Part shown: positions 22,218 to 25,873 of the stretch, piece after piece
How the letters are laid out: each line of letters opens with the position of its first letter
Numbering within the stretch: position 1 is the stretch's first letter
Virus record (IMG/VR): IMGVR_UViG_3300047323_000428
Span: 85,208-111,080 of that record
DNA: 25,873 bases
Reading direction: 5' to 3' (one strand)
Source of the DNA: a virus
Lineage: Duplodnaviria; Heunggongvirae; Uroviricota; Caudoviricetes
Position numbers and translations under genes: made by a program
The notes under the pieces: generated by a model
The model's database searches: none
The model's input: the letters and a program-made list of their open reading frames with translations, nothing else
What the model was told of the DNA's origin: nothing

Positions 22218-22231
22218 AGTCAATGTTGAGT
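22218..22231. promoter_or_regulatory. Operator AGTCA-N4-TGACT (1 mismatch)
   Basis: taacAGTCAATGTTGAGT in the 22191-22244 intergenic gap. Confidence 0.7.
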
Positions 22232-22244
22232 GTATCCCAGACCG

Positions 22245-22790
22245 TTATTTTAGGCCATAGATTGTCTTGAAAAAGCCACGGCCGGGTGTGAAGCAAATCG
22301 GCGTGCGCCAGGCCGGACCCCAGGGCGCGCTCTTCCACTTCGGCTTGCCCGCATCGTCCAGACCGTCGAAGTAGTTCCACGCCTTCCAGCCGAGCTTGGT
22401 GCCAGTGGCAGTCATCACGTTGAAGTAGCGGCCGTCCTTGGTGCGCGCGTGGAAGTCGCAGGTGCCGTCGGCATGTCGCACGAAGCTCACGATCTCCCAG
22501 TCGGCCGGCACGAAGTTGATGCCGATCGCCCAGTAGCAAAAGCCGTATGCAGGGTTGCGCCATAGCCACTTCGTTCGCAGCCACCATCGCTCTCGCCCGG
22601 TTGGAACGCCCGTCGTTGGGAAGTAGCCATCACGCCAGCCCGCATCGAGCGAGGCATCGAAAGTCTGGAACCAGGCGAGCCAGTTCGGCAGCCACCCGTC
22701 GGCGCGGCAAAAGAGCGCGACCACGGGTGCGAGCGCGTAGGCCACGCCCGTGAAAAGCAAGTTCAGCAGCGTGAGAAGGACGTAAATCAT
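22245..22790 (-). CDS. Trp-rich membrane-anchored phage protein
   Basis: N-terminal TM; LPNWLAWFQTFD...WLWRNPAYGF pattern seen in tail-fibre-adjacent genes. Confidence 0.75.
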   Translation of the reverse strand: MIYVLLTLLNLLFTGVAYALAPVVALFCRADGWLPNWLAWFQTFDASLDAGWRDGYFPTTGVPTGRERWWLRTKWLWRNPAYGFCYWAIGINFVPADWEIVSFVRHADGTCDFHARTKDGRYFNVMTATGTKLGWKAWNYFDGLDDAGKPKWKSAPWGPAWRTPICFTPGRGFFKTIYGLK

Positions 22791-23260
22791 GCGAGCGCTC
22801 CTGTCGGAATGAGAAGGTCGATTTCCATCGGCTTGATGACCGCGGCAAAGGTGTTCGGGTCAAAGCGCCAGGCTTCGGGCCAGCCGAGTGCGGCCGCGAC
22901 CGCTTCCGAGCAGAACCACTTCGCCTTGTCGCCCTCTTCCCGACGCCATACGAAGCCGAGCAGCCCGCGCACGTCATACGGCAAGCCTTCGTGTGCGGCG
23001 AACCACGCGAGCGCCGCAGCTTCTTGCGTGGGCGTCGTTTGCAGGTCGAACACGTCCCAGTCCGCCGGGTCCAGCTCGAGTTCGGCGCGTCGCACACCGC
23101 CATCGAGATACGTCGCGCTCCAGCAGATTGCCTTGCCGTCATCGGTTTGGCCGACGACCAGCTCCGCGTGGCTATACGGCCCCTCGGTCCACCACTTCGT
23201 CATCACGCCCAGCCACCCTTTCATGCCGGGGTGGCGTCCCTTGAAAAACGCTACCTTCAT
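22787..23260 (-). CDS. Permuted papain-like (YiiX/YaeF-type NlpC/P60) amidase
   Basis: Start MKVAFF at 23260 (RBS AGGAG). His first (YSHAEL), PYD, and Cys late (WFCSE) give the circularly permuted order. Confidence 0.8.
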   Translation of the reverse strand: MKVAFFKGRHPGMKGWLGVMTKWWTEGPYSHAELVVGQTDDGKAICWSATYLDGGVRRAELELDPADWDVFDLQTTPTQEAAALAWFAAHEGLPYDVRGLLGFVWRREEGDKAKWFCSEAVAAALGWPEAWRFDPNTFAAVIKPMEIDLLIPTGALA

Positions 23261-23271
23261 CTTTGCTCCTG

Positions 23272-23826
23272 TCAGTGAATGGATGCTGCGACGGCCTGAA
23301 TCGCCGCGATGATCGAGGTGTGCGCAGCGCTTGCTGTGTCGCAATCGGCCGCCATCAGCACCTCGTATTTGCGCATGCGAATGGTGCCGAGCTGCTCCAG
23401 TGCGCCACGCAGGCTCACTGACTGTTGGAGAATCAGATCGGTCGCTTCCTGTGCCGTCTTGTTCGCAGCGTCGGCGAACCCGGAGATCCACACCGAGACG
23501 TCGCCCGTGTAACCGGCGTCCTTGTAGGCCTGGGCTGCCGCCTCACGCCCCTCGTATTCGGCCTGAAAGCGCATCCACGTCGAGTAGACGGAGGCGACCG
23601 TCTGGTCGATATCGGCAGAAAGTTGCACCTTGAGCGTGTTGAGCCAGGTGGCCGCATCAATTTCGACCACTGCGGGCGTCGCGCCCGAAAGATCCACACG
23701 GTGCTGGGCGAATGCGGCCGCTTGCTCGGCGGTGCATTCGATCATCCCGTCAGGCAGCCGGGCGAGCGCCGGCTGCTGCAACGAGCCAGTCACCCGGCCC
23801 GTTGCGTCATAAATCAGGACATACAT
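23272..23826 (-). CDS. Tail fibre assembly/chaperone-like protein
   Basis: Directly coupled (TGATG) to the tail fibre stop; helical C-terminal half. Confidence 0.65.
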   Translation of the reverse strand: MYVLIYDATGRVTGSLQQPALARLPDGMIECTAEQAAAFAQHRVDLSGATPAVVEIDAATWLNTLKVQLSADIDQTVASVYSTWMRFQAEYEGREAAAQAYKDAGYTGDVSVWISGFADAANKTAQEATDLILQQSVSLRGALEQLGTIRMRKYEVLMAADCDTASAAHTSIIAAIQAVAASIH

Positions 23827-25873
23827 CAGGCAATCTCCAGTCGAGCTTCAAGCGCTTCCACGCGCGCAAGCAGGTTCTTGATGACCGCCATTCCCACCGC
23901 GCCGATCTGGTCGTGATCGAGGTTGAAAATGTGGTCGGCCGGCGAGACGAAGCCGTCTTCGTCCGTCGATTCCTCGATGCCCTCTTTCGGAGACAGAGCG
24001 ATGAAGTCCATGCGTCGCTGCTCGTCGGGGTAGCACTTCACGACGTCCTGCGCGATAAAGCCGAACTCGGCACGACCTTCCTTCAAGTAGTGCTTGGGTT
24101 GGAGCTTCTTCACGAAGGCGATCGCATCGGCCAGATCGACGTCAACGATGTTCGTTTTGAGGCGGCGGTCGGAGTTGGCGATGAACTGCGATGCCAGCGC
24201 ACTCTGGTTGCAGCTAAGGCCGAACGTCCACGTGCCGCTAGAACCTGAGCCCGGCCCCGTCGAGTTGATATATCCGAACTGGCCGACCGAAATGTTCTGG
24301 CCGCCAGTGATAATCAACAAGTTGCGCAGATTGACCTGGCCGCTATCCCAGACCTGCAGGTTCCAGTTATTGCCCGCTTGATTGACAATGCCCACCAGGC
24401 CGGCCGAGTCTGCTCGCAGATAGCCCGTATAGGAGTATCCGTTGCCAAGGACGAGCGAATTCGCTCCGGCGACATATACGGCGCCGTTGGCTACCAGATT
24501 GCCTTGAGCCACGACCGAACCGCCTGAGTTGATCTGCCCACGGGTGGTCAGCCCGCCGCCGTCCGCAATTGTCAGGTTCACCGCCGTATTGGCCGCGTTG
24601 ACGAACTCGACGCTGCTATTGCCCTGATTCGCGCGCATCACCGGGTTATACCCGTTGGCATTTATCAAGATCGACGACAGCGTGCTGGGGCTGTAGATCT
24701 GGAATTGCGCGGCTTGCAATGCCATCACGCCATTGCCTGCCGTGCCATTTCCGCCCGATGCGATGAACCGCGCATCGAAATCGTTGCCGGTGCCCGAGCT
24801 ATGAAAGTCAATAAACGGCGTCATCGGAGCTGTGACGGAGCCAATCTCGATCACGCCACCACGGAACCAGTTATTGCCGAACGTAGTGACGTCGCCAGCC
24901 GCCAGATAGAAGCCGTTGTTCATCGTGACCAAGCCGCTCGCCCGGTTGATCGAAAAGGGCGTGCTCACCCATACGCCGGAATCGTTGAAGCGGTCAATCG
25001 AGAAATCCGAGCCTGCAGCGTTACCCGTTTCCGAGCCTTGGTTGGACCCCACCGACCAGCGGTTGATGCTATTCGTCTGGAAATACGTGCCCTTCCACGT
25101 CGCGTTCGCGCCGGAGATATTCAGGATGTTGTTGCTGATCGTGGCGCCACCGGCGACATACAGATTGCCAGTCGAGTTGCCCACCGGCGGCGTGCCCGCC
25201 GTGTTGCCCGTAGTCGTCGTCAGCGTGAACTTGTTCGTCGTGGTCGTGAAGTAGTTTGCTTCCGCTCCGGCTGCCGTGCCGTAGTAGACGCGATAGGTGA
25301 CAGCGCCCGTCACGGCAGGCCAGGTCCAGGCGATCGAGCCGGTGGTGCCGGTCGTTGCGACGCCTGCCGACTCAACGCTCGGCAGCGTCATGCCGCCCGA
25401 GTTGTCGACCGCCACAACCTTGACGTAATAGGTCGCAGCGGCGAGCGAGCCGCCCGTCGTCGATGCCGTGCCGGTCGGCTTGGCTGGAGCCACAAGCTGC
25501 ACCGATTGGATGAACCCGACCGTGTAAAGGCCGTTGGACGCCGACACGACGCCGTTCGAACGGCTGATCGAGATGGGGTTGCTGATCCAGTTACCCGCGT
25601 CGTCGTAGCGCGAAACGTAGAAGTTCGAGCCGGCATTGCTGCCACTCTGCGCCACGTTGTCGACGCCAACGTCCCAGCTCTGCAAGCCAGCCGTTTGATA
25701 CTTGAACACGCGGAACTGACCGGCGTTCGCGTTCATGAAGAGAGACGCAGGAGCGGCGCCCGTGCTGACGGTCGGGCTTGCCGAGAACGTCATCGCGCCC
25801 GTAATCGTCGCCGCGCCTACCGTGTCGAGCAACATGCGCCAGTCATACCACGTGCCGTTGTAGCAGGCGCGCG
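23826..25873 (-). CDS. Tail fibre protein with C-terminal peptidase S74 autocleaving chaperone; 5' truncated by window edge
   Basis: Frame stays open past 25835 (RACYNGTWYDWRMLLD...); Gly/Asn/Thr-rich fibre repeats; SDRRLKTNI S74 motif and a C-terminal coiled coil LLARVEALE. Confidence 0.9.
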   Translation of the reverse strand, partial: RACYNGTWYDWRMLLDTVGAATITGAMTFSASPTVSTGAAPASLFMNANAGQFRVFKYQTAGLQSWDVGVDNVAQSGSNAGSNFYVSRYDDAGNWISNPISISRSNGVVSASNGLYTVGFIQSVQLVAPAKPTGTASTTGGSLAAATYYVKVVAVDNSGGMTLPSVESAGVATTGTTGSIAWTWPAVTGAVTYRVYYGTAAGAEANYFTTTTNKFTLTTTTGNTAGTPPVGNSTGNLYVAGGATISNNILNISGANATWKGTYFQTNSINRWSVGSNQGSETGNAAGSDFSIDRFNDSGVWVSTPFSINRASGLVTMNNGFYLAAGDVTTFGNNWFRGGVIEIGSVTAPMTPFIDFHSSGTGNDFDARFIASGGNGTAGNGVMALQAAQFQIYSPSTLSSILINANGYNPVMRANQGNSSVEFVNAANTAVNLTIADGGGLTTRGQINSGGSVVAQGNLVANGAVYVAGANSLVLGNGYSYTGYLRADSAGLVGIVNQAGNNWNLQVWDSGQVNLRNLLIITGGQNISVGQFGYINSTGPGSGSSGTWTFGLSCNQSALASQFIANSDRRLKTNIVDVDLADAIAFVKKLQPKHYLKEGRAEFGFIAQDVVKCYPDEQRRMDFIALSPKEGIEESTDEDGFVSPADHIFNLDHDQIGAVGMAVIKNLLARVEALEARLEIA

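Noticed and set aside
23826-25873. Tail-fibre internal repeats as a diversity-generating retroelement TR/VR or an invertible shufflon
   Set aside because: Similarity is at protein level only, not adenine-specific; no reverse transcriptase or invertase and no inverted cassettes in the window.
1-25873. tRNA, rRNA, IS elements, CRISPR-cas
   Set aside because: None recognisable by eye; tRNAscan or Infernal was not run, so small RNAs could be missed.

Overview
About 26 kb of a high-GC phage-plasmid. A Betaproteobacterial, Burkholderia-like host is inferred from GC content, H-NS type and the LexA box. Phage lytic genes run on the minus strand: tail fibre, lysis cassette, metallophosphoesterase, GIY-YIG, PhoH, Hfq-like, DnaB-like helicase, primase, WGR protein, ATP-dependent ligase, guanylate kinase, H-NS and a CobT-like gene. 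This gene set recalls the SSU5/pHCM2 phage-plasmid backbone. A plus-strand block carries an XRE repressor, ParA plus an RHH partner, an iteron origin and a TrfA-family initiator, followed by a possible Xer/dif-like site. Main signals seen directly in the sequence: (1) an intergenic palindromic operator AGTCA-N4-TGACT occurs 11 times in front of the repressor, replication and lysis operons; (2) an orphan LexA box and promoter point antisense into a low-GC XRE-HTH+PAS sensor gene next to a repressor with no self-cleavage domain, a candidate new lysis/lysogeny switch; (3) a phage-encoded Hfq-like Sm protein is coupled to the helicase gene. All protein family calls are motif recognition by eye; no database search was run.
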